Shown here one piece after another: positions 50,194 to 58,621 of a DNA stretch of 64,000 bases. Positions within the stretch are counted from its first letter, which is position 1, and each line of letters opens with the position of its first letter. The translations under genes were made by a program, and so were the position numbers. Under the pieces are notes generated by a model. It made no database searches. It was not told the DNA's origin and worked only from the letters and a program-made list of their open reading frames with translations. Source of the DNA: an uncultured Thermoprotei archaeon (GTDB taxonomy: Archaea > Thermoproteota > Thermoprotei > Thermofilales > B15-G2); assembly GCA_965367815.1 (NCBI GenBank), contig CBDUKN010000001.1, positions 96,001-160,000 on the forward strand. The letters run 5' to 3'.

Positions 50194-51354
50194 TTACTCT
50201 CTTAAACTAGCGTAATCGAACTCCCAGTTCCACATTCTTGAAGCTAGCTTTCCGTCGTAAAGGAATTTATCTTTTATCTTCTCAGCTTCCTTTACTTTCT
50301 GCTGGTGTTTCTTGAGGAACTCTTTAATTCTTTCAGCTAACTCTTTCTTGCACTCACCGCAAAGCAGTTCGCCGTTTATGCACTTTTCGTATCTTTCGAG
50401 GAGGGCTTTGTCTGAAGGCTCGAAAAGTATTCTGAACCATTGATAAACGCAGCAAATATTCGGATTCCCGCCTTTTTCTCTTTGTTCTTTAATTGTGGGC
50501 TGTCCTCCGGTAAATGCGTTCATTATTTTCTTAGCGGCTACTTCAGGAGGATCCTTAAGAAATATAGCGGTCTCAGGCTTTGATGCAGACATTTTAGATT
50601 TAATACCTTCTAAACCAGGGATAAGTATTGACATAAGACTGGCGGTCTTGCAGTAACCTAGCTTGGGAGCAATGTCTCTCTGTATTCTGAAGTAAGGATC
50701 CTGATCTATACCATAGGGTATAAGACATCTCTTTTTCTCGAAGAGTGTGGGCACTATTTGTAGTGCTGGATAGAAAATAAGTCCAATAGAGGTTTCGCCG
50801 TGGAACCCGAAGACAGCTTTAGCTAGAGAGAAGTTTATTCTTCTAGCGACTACTACTGCAGCTGTATAGAGGTGCTTTATGTACTCTCTATCTCTAAAAA
50901 TGAATGTTCTGTCGGGATCGAAGCCTAGAGCAATAATATCGAGTATTGTCTGTTCTACAAGCGAGTCTACTTTAGCTAAGCTGGAAGCCTTTTTAGCTAA
51001 ATATTTTTCTTCGTCAGGTATCATTATGTAAGTATTTACTTTGAATTTTTCTTGAAGCCACTGAGTCATAACGAAAGGCACTATATGCGCTAAATGCATT
51101 GTACTCCTACTAGGAGCTATCCCTGTGTAAAGAAAGAATCCTTTCCCCTCAGCATAGTCCTTAAGAACTAAATCTAAGTCTCTGTGAGCATAGAATACTT
51201 TCCTCGATAAAAGTATGTGAAGCTCTCCTGTATGTTTCTTAAGTTCCGTTAAAAGCTCGTCTGTCACTCTGTATGCACCAAATTCTTTAAGCAGTTTCTC
51301 GTAGTCTACAACGCCTTCAACTTCCCACGGCGTAAAGACAGTTTTCTCAGTCAT
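50194..51354 (-). CDS. trpS: tryptophanyl-tRNA synthetase (archaeal type)
   Basis: TPWEVEG, YTGIAPS..MHLAH, DQDPYFR, KMSAS, CGECK. Confidence 0.95.
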   Translation of the reverse strand: MTEKTVFTPWEVEGVVDYEKLLKEFGAYRVTDELLTELKKHTGELHILLSRKVFYAHRDLDLVLKDYAEGKGFFLYTGIAPSRSTMHLAHIVPFVMTQWLQEKFKVNTYIMIPDEEKYLAKKASSLAKVDSLVEQTILDIIALGFDPDRTFIFRDREYIKHLYTAAVVVARRINFSLAKAVFGFHGETSIGLIFYPALQIVPTLFEKKRCLIPYGIDQDPYFRIQRDIAPKLGYCKTASLMSILIPGLEGIKSKMSASKPETAIFLKDPPEVAAKKIMNAFTGGQPTIKEQREKGGNPNICCVYQWFRILFEPSDKALLERYEKCINGELLCGECKKELAERIKEFLKKHQQKVKEAEKIKDKFLYDGKLASRMWNWEFDYASLRE

Positions 51355-51524
51355 TGTCCCGAGGCACTAAATAAGCGGAAGTAATAAAAACTTTAGCTCT
51401 ACACAGGTTCTAAACTAAATAATAGCCTACAAGCAAGTGTTGACGGCATGTCTGCCGAGCAAATTAAGGTTTAGATCATATTGAAAATACTTAATAGCCT
51501 AAATTACATAATTGTTGTGAAAAT

Positions 51525-51815
51525 ATGGCTCTAAAACAAGTCGCTGAAGAACTAGGATTTGATGAAAAAGAGCTTGAGAAAAAAGCCTTAAGAGCATTTA
51601 TTATAAGTGAGTTACGTAGAATTAAAGCTGAAAAAGCTTGTATTCTGTTAAGATATAAAAAATATGGTGTAAAGAGTGTAAATGATCTTTTTAAATTGAT
51701 TGAAAAAGACATTGTAAGTGATATTGACGTTCATGATGATTTAATAAAATTAGATTACCTTGAACATATAGAAAAAAAGCTGATAAGTCTACTGAAAAAC
51801 CTAAAAATAGAATAA
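51525..51815 (+). CDS. putative antitoxin (TumA-like)
   Basis: Small helical protein with KYGVKSV..L..LIE..HDD; TAATG coupling to the downstream gene. Confidence 0.6.
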   Translation: MALKQVAEELGFDEKELEKKALRAFIISELRRIKAEKACILLRYKKYGVKSVNDLFKLIEKDIVSDIDVHDDLIKLDYLEHIEKKLISLLKNLKIE

Positions 51816-52168
51816 TGAGAAAATTATATAAAAAGCTCGGAAGAATAACATTGAAAGAGTTTTCCGATATAGTAGTTGACGTAGAGTATCGTGAGGATAG
51901 GTTGCGAGTACATATAGTCGATGGAAGCTTTCTTGATGTGTGGTTTTCGTTATTCATAGAAGGTAAATACGCCTACCATTGGGAGAGAAGATTTATCGAC
52001 GGGACTGTGTATCGGTGGGATAATGCTAGACATGAAAAGTGGAGAAATATAGAAACTTATCCACACCATTTTCATGAAGGGAGTCAAGATAATGTAAAGC
52101 CGTTTCATGTAGCAGTTTCTCCTGAAAATAATTTAGGAAAGTATTGGAATATATTAGAAACTATTTGA
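51815..52168 (+). CDS. DUF6516/TumE-like putative toxin
   Basis: YAYHW, RWDNA.H, TYPHHFH. Confidence 0.75.
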   Translation: MRKLYKKLGRITLKEFSDIVVDVEYREDRLRVHIVDGSFLDVWFSLFIEGKYAYHWERRFIDGTVYRWDNARHEKWRNIETYPHHFHEGSQDNVKPFHVAVSPENNLGKYWNILETI

Positions 52169-52190
52169 GTAGCCAGAAATAGCTTAAATT

Positions 52191-53081
52191 TTATGAGAGA
52201 TATCCTGTTTCGCTTAGTTTAATGACGTAGTCGCCTATGTTTACTCCTAGCTCTTTAGCTATGTTTCTGCACTTTGCTTTAAGCATGTATACTACTGGCT
52301 TCGAGGGAATATTGGCTTCTGATAGATACTCGAAGTTAGCCATACCTTTCGATATCACTAAATCCGAGTTCATGTACTCTTCTTTAAGTTCACTACTCAC
52401 TTCGTTCCAGAAAATACTTGAGCCGTCTGTACCCGAGCCTATTACTTTACAGTATTTGCTGAGCTCTATTTCTTCAGCTTCTTTTAATGTTATGTCGTTT
52501 TGAAATGAACCTGACTTAACTACAGCAACTACTTCATGACCCATAGCTGTCAACTGCTTTATGAGAAGTATATCTAAAACAGCTTCACCGCAGTTATCCA
52601 TTAAGTACAGTATCTTCATTTTTCTCGACGAAATTTCTTCAAATACTTTCTTAGAATCATCGACTGCCAGCTTTATTTGCTCGACTTCCTTTGAGAAATC
52701 TTCTATTCTAGCAGAGTATCCGGCTACACCGAAGTCTATGGCGTTTCCAGCTAATGCTGCTAAACAAGCTTCTCTAAAAGCGCTATAGCCCTGTAAACTT
52801 GATATTTTTCTTTTTACTTCATTTAGTATCCTTAAAGCGACTTTATTTGAGTAAACTTTCACTTCCCGGTAGGGATCATTGTTTCCGCTAAGCTTTTTAA
52901 CTAGGCGGAAAGCGTTAGTTGCGTAGACAGTAACATATTCATCGTAATCGAGGTTCTCTGCCATAAAAGAGAGAAGTTCTTTAACTGCTTGCTTGAGTTT
53001 TTCTTCATCAGTAATAAGTCTCATGAGCTCGTTTACTCTAACTGTAAGTATACAGGGTATACACTCCGGTCTTATTTTCAC
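52191..53081 (-). CDS. DUF89/ARMT1-like damage-control phosphatase
   Basis: ECIPC, DPY..K, GNAID, DNCGE, KGMANFE. Confidence 0.9.
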   Translation of the reverse strand: MKIRPECIPCILTVRVNELMRLITDEEKLKQAVKELLSFMAENLDYDEYVTVYATNAFRLVKKLSGNNDPYREVKVYSNKVALRILNEVKRKISSLQGYSAFREACLAALAGNAIDFGVAGYSARIEDFSKEVEQIKLAVDDSKKVFEEISSRKMKILYLMDNCGEAVLDILLIKQLTAMGHEVVAVVKSGSFQNDITLKEAEEIELSKYCKVIGSGTDGSSIFWNEVSSELKEEYMNSDLVISKGMANFEYLSEANIPSKPVVYMLKAKCRNIAKELGVNIGDYVIKLSETGYLS

Positions 53082-53117
53082 GGGAATTCTTCCAGCAAAA
53101 CTAGTTAATAAAGAAAC

Positions 53118-53738
53118 CTACTCTACTTCGGGTACAGTACCTGTTCTTATTGCTTCTGCTTCGTAGTCCTCTATGTCTTCTTTAAGGAATTTAACTAGCT
53201 CGCTGCTTATGAATGGCTGTCCGTCAACAAGAGGATATGCGTAAGGTAGATTTATTGTAAGGTATTCGTTTACCTTAATGTCTAAGCCTATTTGGACAGG
53301 TATTTCCTCTATTCTTCTGCCGCGGTATACTTGTAGAGCCATGTAAACTGCGCCATCGATAGCGAACTGGTAGTCGCCTAAAGTCCTCGCTTTAGCTCCT
53401 GTAAGCCGGCTAGTTAAGTACAGCCATGTCCTTCCGCGCGGAGGATGGTCTCCCATAATTCCTCCTACGACAATATACTCTGCGTCACTGAAGTCTTCCG
53501 GCTTCAGTTTTTCTGATGCTTTCTGGTCTAAAACTATAAGCTTTGTTCTATCAATGTCCAGTTCACATACACTTTTTTCTTCAACAGCACCCAGTTCGGA
53601 TAACTTTAATCTATGTTTTTCTTTCTTAACGTTTGTAAAGATTAAGTTACTTTTTTCAACTAGCTCTGATACGTGCTTATATTCTATCCAGAGCCATATG
53701 CTTAAAATAGGTTCTAGGTGCTCTATAATGACTTTCAT
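53118..53738 (-). CDS. SFM1-like (DUF431) SPOUT methyltransferase
   Basis: IIEHLE, VGGIMGDHPPRGRT, QFAIDGA, LPYAYP. Confidence 0.85.
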   Translation of the reverse strand: MKVIIEHLEPILSIWLWIEYKHVSELVEKSNLIFTNVKKEKHRLKLSELGAVEEKSVCELDIDRTKLIVLDQKASEKLKPEDFSDAEYIVVGGIMGDHPPRGRTWLYLTSRLTGAKARTLGDYQFAIDGAVYMALQVYRGRRIEEIPVQIGLDIKVNEYLTINLPYAYPLVDGQPFISSELVKFLKEDIEDYEAEAIRTGTVPEVE

Positions 53739-54751
53739 TTTACTTGTACTTTCGTTTTCTTTTTAATAGATTCTATAATACTGCAAAGTATTTTAGTGTT
53801 AGCTAAAGCGTCTTCAGGCGTTATTATAGGCTCTTTGCCTTCAATAAGGCAGTCTACAGCATGGTGTATTGCTTCTCTAGTAAAGCCCACGTATTTTTCG
53901 TTGATTACATATCCTCCGGCATAGCGAGGGTATTCGTAGGTCTTTGAAGCTACTTCTATTCCTTGACATAAGTCGTCTATGAAAATAGAGCCTTCTTCAC
54001 AGAGTATTTCTGCCCTAAAGTCTACTATAGACGGCAAGCTCTCGGGCAGAATCCACGCTGATTCTAAGAGAGCTCGACCACCGTTTCTGAACTCTAGTAT
54101 TGCTACTACGTAGTCGTATGTATCGACTCCACGGGACTTCAAGTATTTGCGTGATGCTACTGCGTAAACGTACTCTACTTCGTCTTCAAATATCCATCTA
54201 GCGAGATCTGCTGTGTGGCTCATGAGAAAGAATACTACGCTTGTTTTAGCGGCCCAGGAAAGCATTTTGAATGGAACATACTTAGTGTCGCTTAATCTGA
54301 AGTAAGCGTAGAGAGGTTTTCCTAGCTCACCGCTACTTACTTTTTCTTTAGCTACAGCAAACGGAGGATTCCACCTATTAGCGAAGTCTACGAAAAGCAT
54401 AAGCTTTTTGGATTTAGCTAAGTTCACCATTTTTTCTGCTTCTTCAACATTCATTGCTAAGGGTTTTTCTACAATGACGTTGACTCCGTGATTCAGCGCA
54501 AAAGTAACGGGCTCGAAGTGGAGAAAATCGGGAGTTACTATTGAAACTAAATCTAAGTCTTCTTTTTCTATCATTTCGCGGTAATCAGTATATTTATGTT
54601 CAATACCGTATTTATCAGATACTTCTTTCAGTCTTTTCTCGTTAATGTCAGCTATAGCTTTAAGTTCAACTAGAGGATGAGCTTTGTACGCCTTAACATG
54701 TTGTTCTCCTTGAATACCTACGCCTACAACACCTACTTTGATTTCTCTCAC
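53735..54751 (-). CDS. Gfo/Idh/MocA oxidoreductase
   Basis: GVGIQG, TPDFLH, VEKPLA, SHTAD. Confidence 0.9.
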   Translation of the reverse strand: MREIKVGVVGVGIQGEQHVKAYKAHPLVELKAIADINEKRLKEVSDKYGIEHKYTDYREMIEKEDLDLVSIVTPDFLHFEPVTFALNHGVNVIVEKPLAMNVEEAEKMVNLAKSKKLMLFVDFANRWNPPFAVAKEKVSSGELGKPLYAYFRLSDTKYVPFKMLSWAAKTSVVFFLMSHTADLARWIFEDEVEYVYAVASRKYLKSRGVDTYDYVVAILEFRNGGRALLESAWILPESLPSIVDFRAEILCEEGSIFIDDLCQGIEVASKTYEYPRYAGGYVINEKYVGFTREAIHHAVDCLIEGKEPIITPEDALANTKILCSIIESIKKKTKVQVK

Positions 54752-54804
54752 AGAAAATTACAGCGCTTTAAGCTAATAACTTCTTCTTCTTAAGCTCTAT
54801 TGAA

Positions 54805-54849
54805 GCGATGAGCAGGTAGAAGTCTGTTGATCAAAGCAAGTGCCTCTGA
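54805..54849 (+). ncRNA. candidate C/D-box methylation guide sRNA
   Basis: C GCGATGA, 12-nt guide, D' CTGT, C' TGATCA, 12-nt guide, D CTGA; intergenic. Confidence 0.55.
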
Positions 54850-54916
54850 GAGTAAAGGCGCTAGGAGCTTCTTAAGCGCATTTATTTTTATATATTAAGC
54901 TCAGTAATTTTATCAT

Positions 54917-55891
54917 GTGAAAACCGAAAAGCTTGTACTAGCGTTTTACTATGCGTGGTACGGCACTCCTGAAGGACCTCACGGAAAGTGGGTTCACTGG
55001 AATCACCCAATACTAGCTCGCGGAGGAGTCTTAGGATACCATAATCCTGATAGAGTCATAGACGGCAGAAGAGACATAGCTGCAGCAGAGTACCCTCTAC
55101 TAGGACCCTATGACTCACTAGACCCAGAGGTAATAGAAACTCACCTTAAGTGGGCTCAAGACTACGGCGTAGACTGTTTTATTGTAAGCTGGTGGGGCAG
55201 AGAAAAAGACGAAGATAAAGTTCTCGAGAAAATGATGAATATTATTGAAGAAAAAGGATACTCTGTCAAAGTAAGCGCTTACTACGAAACAGTCGGCTTA
55301 AAAAGAGATGTAAATGAAATGACAGATGACTTCAAGTATATTCTCGAAAAACATGCCTATAGAGAATCTTTCCTAAAAATAGGTAAAAGACCAGTTATCT
55401 TTGTGTACTCTGCCGAAGTACTTGAAAAAAGCTTCTGGAAAATAATTCTAAGTTATCTAAGGTCCAGCGAAATAGAGCCTTTCATTATAGGAGACACTCG
55501 CGACCCTGCTTACGCCGAAATATTTGACGGAATACACGTATACATACCGCTCAAGGAAGCAAAAGATTCCTCAGGAACAGCCTTGCGAAGACTCTACAGT
55601 AGACTCAAAAACATAAGTAGAACTAAGGGGAAACTTTTCGCGGCAACAGTTCTTCCGGGATACGATGATAGAGTAATACGAATACCTGGAAACTACTTAC
55701 CTAGAAAAAGAGGACAAGTATATGAACTGTGCTGGAAAATAGCGCTCGAACATAGCCCTGAGTGGATTATTATCACCAGCTGGAATGAGTGGCATGAAGG
55801 CACCGAAATAGAGCCGAGTAAAGAATACGGTTTTATGTACTTAGAGTTCACTAAGAAGTTTTCCGAGGAATTTAAGAAGAGCGGCTTGTAG
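54917..55891 (+). CDS. GH99/GH71-like glycoside hydrolase
   Basis: AFYYAWY, YPLLGPYDS, VSWWG, PGYDD, TSWNEWHEGTEIEP. Confidence 0.88.
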   Translation: MKTEKLVLAFYYAWYGTPEGPHGKWVHWNHPILARGGVLGYHNPDRVIDGRRDIAAAEYPLLGPYDSLDPEVIETHLKWAQDYGVDCFIVSWWGREKDEDKVLEKMMNIIEEKGYSVKVSAYYETVGLKRDVNEMTDDFKYILEKHAYRESFLKIGKRPVIFVYSAEVLEKSFWKIILSYLRSSEIEPFIIGDTRDPAYAEIFDGIHVYIPLKEAKDSSGTALRRLYSRLKNISRTKGKLFAATVLPGYDDRVIRIPGNYLPRKRGQVYELCWKIALEHSPEWIIITSWNEWHEGTEIEPSKEYGFMYLEFTKKFSEEFKKSGL

Positions 55892-55911
55892 GCTTCCCAT
55901 ATTTTACTGAT

Positions 55912-55935
55912 ATATAGGATAATATTATCCTATAT
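55912..55935. promoter_or_regulatory. perfect 24-bp palindrome ATATAGGATAATATTATCCTATAT
   Basis: Exactly self-complementary; intergenic, upstream of a TATA-like TTATAAA and a small ORF. Confidence 0.6.
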
Positions 55936-55978
55936 TTTAAACTGATAGAAATCTATTATTATAAAGCGCGTTATTACC

Positions 55979-56158
55979 GTGAAGCCGGTTATTGAAGTAA
56001 TTAAAGAAGCTCAGATAGCTCCTACACCTGCTGCACTAGTTCTAGCAGAAATTATTGCAGATAAGCTAGAGAAAGTAAAGTACTCTAACCCCGAGAAATA
56101 CTGGGAACTCAGGAGAACCTACATAAATGTCATGAGAGAGTCCCTGAGAGCAAAGTAA
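55979..56158 (+). CDS. small helical protein, 59 aa (absent from the ORF track)
   Basis: GTG...TAA; MKPVIEVIKEAQIAPTPAALVLAEIIADKLEKVKYSNPEKYWELRRTYINVMRESLRAK; AT-rich TATA-like stretch upstream. Confidence 0.6.
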   Translation: MKPVIEVIKEAQIAPTPAALVLAEIIADKLEKVKYSNPEKYWELRRTYINVMRESLRAK

Positions 56159-56229
56159 TTTTAGAAAACCCGGGTTAGGGCACTTAAATATTTTTAAGAC
56201 TTATATTTATTCAAGCTAATTTATACTAC

Positions 56230-57459
56230 GTGTACGATGTAGCAGTAGTAGGAGCAGGACCTGCAGGATCCACTGTCTCCTACTGCCTAGCTAAAGAGAA
56301 AATTAAGGTAATTCTTTTCGAAAGACATAGATTTCCTCGACGAAAAGCATGTGCAGCAGGACTTTCTCTCTACTCAATTGAACTACTTAAAGAACTAGGA
56401 CTTTTCTCAGAAGAATACATAGTAAATGAAACACATAAATGTAAAATAGACTTTGTTATTGCGAAAGAAGTCTTTGAAGCAGATGCGCATATTTGCTTAA
56501 CAACGAGAGAGCAATTTGATGAATATTTAGCTCGAAGAGCTCAAGAAGCTGGAGCAGAGCTTCACGAGGGAGAAGGCGTAAAAAGTATTTCAATTAAAGA
56601 CGATTTTGTTGAAATACGCACATCTAAAGCCGTGTATCGTAGCAAAGTAGTAGTACTAGCTTGTGGTCAGCCTAATGTTCTCGGCAAGTCGATAGGACTC
56701 TATCCTAACTACGGAAAAGCAATAGCATTTGAATTCAATGCTCCTTTGCCCACCGAGTATAACCTGGACTACTGCGAGTTCTACTTTTCGCTAGACAAAG
56801 ATTTTGCAGGATACTTTTGGATCTTCCCGAAGAAGGGTTTCGCAAACTATGGCGTAGGCACGTGGCTACACACTGTAACAGTCATGAAAAAGAAGTACGG
56901 GTCTGTTGTCGAGTGGACTAAATCAATTTTAAAGGATCTAGGATATTGGAATAAAATAAAAGACATTAAAAAGCATTTAACTAAGATTAAAGGAGCTATA
57001 GTACCTGTGTATACTAATGCTAAAGCAGAAGACATGGTTATGGATAGAGCGATAGCTATAGGTGATGCGGCAGGGCTTGTAAGATACTCCGGCGAAGGCA
57101 TATGTTATGCACTTAAATCAGGTCAATTAGCTGCAAAAGCCTTGATGAAGTGCATCGAGGAAAATAAATTTGATAAACAGACACTAGTAAAATACTATAC
57201 AGAGCCTCTTGATAAAGAAGTTTTAAGAGAATTAAAGTATACTTCTAAAATAGAGAAAATAATGACTTACGCTACTGACGCCGTTATAGATCTTCTCAAA
57301 AAAGAGCCCGAAGTACTTAATCTGCTAGGGAAAATGCTTGAACACAGTATAAGTGATGAAAAGTATTTTAATGAAAGCAGTAAGTATGCTAGAAAACATA
57401 TATCTATTGCTGCTAGAATGATGGCAGCTTTGCTCCGAGGTACTCTAAAAGGAACTTAG
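56230..57459 (+). CDS. geranylgeranyl reductase family FAD-dependent oxidoreductase
   Basis: VVGAGPAG, PRRKAC, GYFWIFPK, IGDAAG..GEGI. Confidence 0.88.
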   Translation: MYDVAVVGAGPAGSTVSYCLAKEKIKVILFERHRFPRRKACAAGLSLYSIELLKELGLFSEEYIVNETHKCKIDFVIAKEVFEADAHICLTTREQFDEYLARRAQEAGAELHEGEGVKSISIKDDFVEIRTSKAVYRSKVVVLACGQPNVLGKSIGLYPNYGKAIAFEFNAPLPTEYNLDYCEFYFSLDKDFAGYFWIFPKKGFANYGVGTWLHTVTVMKKKYGSVVEWTKSILKDLGYWNKIKDIKKHLTKIKGAIVPVYTNAKAEDMVMDRAIAIGDAAGLVRYSGEGICYALKSGQLAAKALMKCIEENKFDKQTLVKYYTEPLDKEVLRELKYTSKIEKIMTYATDAVIDLLKKEPEVLNLLGKMLEHSISDEKYFNESSKYARKHISIAARMMAALLRGTLKGT

Positions 57460-58105
57460 CGCTGTCTTTAAGTGATACATCTTTAAAGAATCCCGGCTTT
57501 TCTTTCTCTATTACTTCAACCACTTTTTCTACTGGAATAGTTCTCTGAATATAGAAGCCTATTATGCCACTTTTGTCTATAGGTCTCCATACGCTCCACC
57601 AGATATTCTCTACTCGAAGTATTTTGAAGGCTATTGCTGTAGCTGCTTCAAAGCCTCCCGACGCCATATAATAGGGATTGACTCCGCTGATAGTCTCTAT
57701 TTTATCAGCGAAAGTCTCCTTACTCTCTACTGACTTAACTATGCCTTCGATAATGTATCCGTTTTCTTCTTTAATTATTTTGGACGAGAAATAAGGTGAG
57801 TGTCCGCTGAACCAGTTCCAAGCTAGAATAGAGTATACTTCCATGAAGTCGGCTACGCCTTCAGGATTGTGGTCTGAGGGATATGTTTTTCTTAAGTCTT
57901 CTGGCTTAGATAGTTCTACGAGGCATCTGCTTCCTCCCCATATTCCTAATCTGTGCAGTTCTCGATTGATATCTGCTGGATTAGTGAACTCTGCCTCTAG
58001 TTTCGCTATAAGAAACATTAAGAGCATTCTAGGAACAAGGACATGTACTGTAGGCTGAAAGTGTTTACTTAGTCTCCCGATGAGTTTAGCTAGTTCTCTT
58101 TTCAC
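57413..58105 (-). CDS. Bet3/TRAPP- or V4R-like protein
   Basis: INRELHRLGIWGGSRCL, ILAWNWFSGHSP and YYMASGGFEAA in Bet3-like order and spacing (recognised by eye). Confidence 0.5.
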   Translation of the reverse strand: MKRELAKLIGRLSKHFQPTVHVLVPRMLLMFLIAKLEAEFTNPADINRELHRLGIWGGSRCLVELSKPEDLRKTYPSDHNPEGVADFMEVYSILAWNWFSGHSPYFSSKIIKEENGYIIEGIVKSVESKETFADKIETISGVNPYYMASGGFEAATAIAFKILRVENIWWSVWRPIDKSGIIGFYIQRTIPVEKVVEVIEKEKPGFFKDVSLKDSAKFLLEYLGAKLPSF

Positions 58106-58548
58106 TTTGCTACCACCTCTTTTAGTTCTTTGAGATATCCTGCACCGTATAGTGACTCGACTATTGCTTTGACTAAACCATAGGGCATAGAGAGTGCTTC
58201 AGCTATTTCGCTTAAAGTAGTCTGTCCGTCACACCAAGTGAGCACTGCTAGCTCCTCGTTAGACAGCTTGTTCAGAGAAGGCATTTTTTCTTTAGGTTTA
58301 GGTACAGGAATTATGTCAAATTTAAGGAAAACAGGTTTTTCTACTTTTACTAAAGGAGCTGTTTCAACTCCTCTTATACCTCCTTTCTCGTCAATGTATA
58401 TCAGAACGACATGATCTTTGTGCTGAAAAGCAAGAGAGAATAGTCCCATCTTCTTAGCCCTCTCAACGGCTTTAGCTAAAGTATCTCCTGAAATAACTAT
58501 TTTTTCATTACATTGAGGACACTTAACTTTCTTGGTGAGAGACAGCAT
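58102..58548 (-). CDS. Zn-ribbon plus C-terminal winged-helix protein
   Basis: KCPQC...HKDH..IYIDEKGGIRG; C-terminal VLTWCDGQTTLSEIAEAL..LYGAGYL; likely start ATG 58548 behind a TATA-like element. Confidence 0.65.
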   Translation of the reverse strand: MLSLTKKVKCPQCNEKIVISGDTLAKAVERAKKMGLFSLAFQHKDHVVLIYIDEKGGIRGVETAPLVKVEKPVFLKFDIIPVPKPKEKMPSLNKLSNEELAVLTWCDGQTTLSEIAEALSMPYGLVKAIVESLYGAGYLKELKEVVAK

Positions 58549-58621
58549 ACAATAATATTTTCCAAAAAATATATTAAACATTTTCATTGGCTCGGCTAGT
58601 TTTGAACTATGCTAGTAGTAC

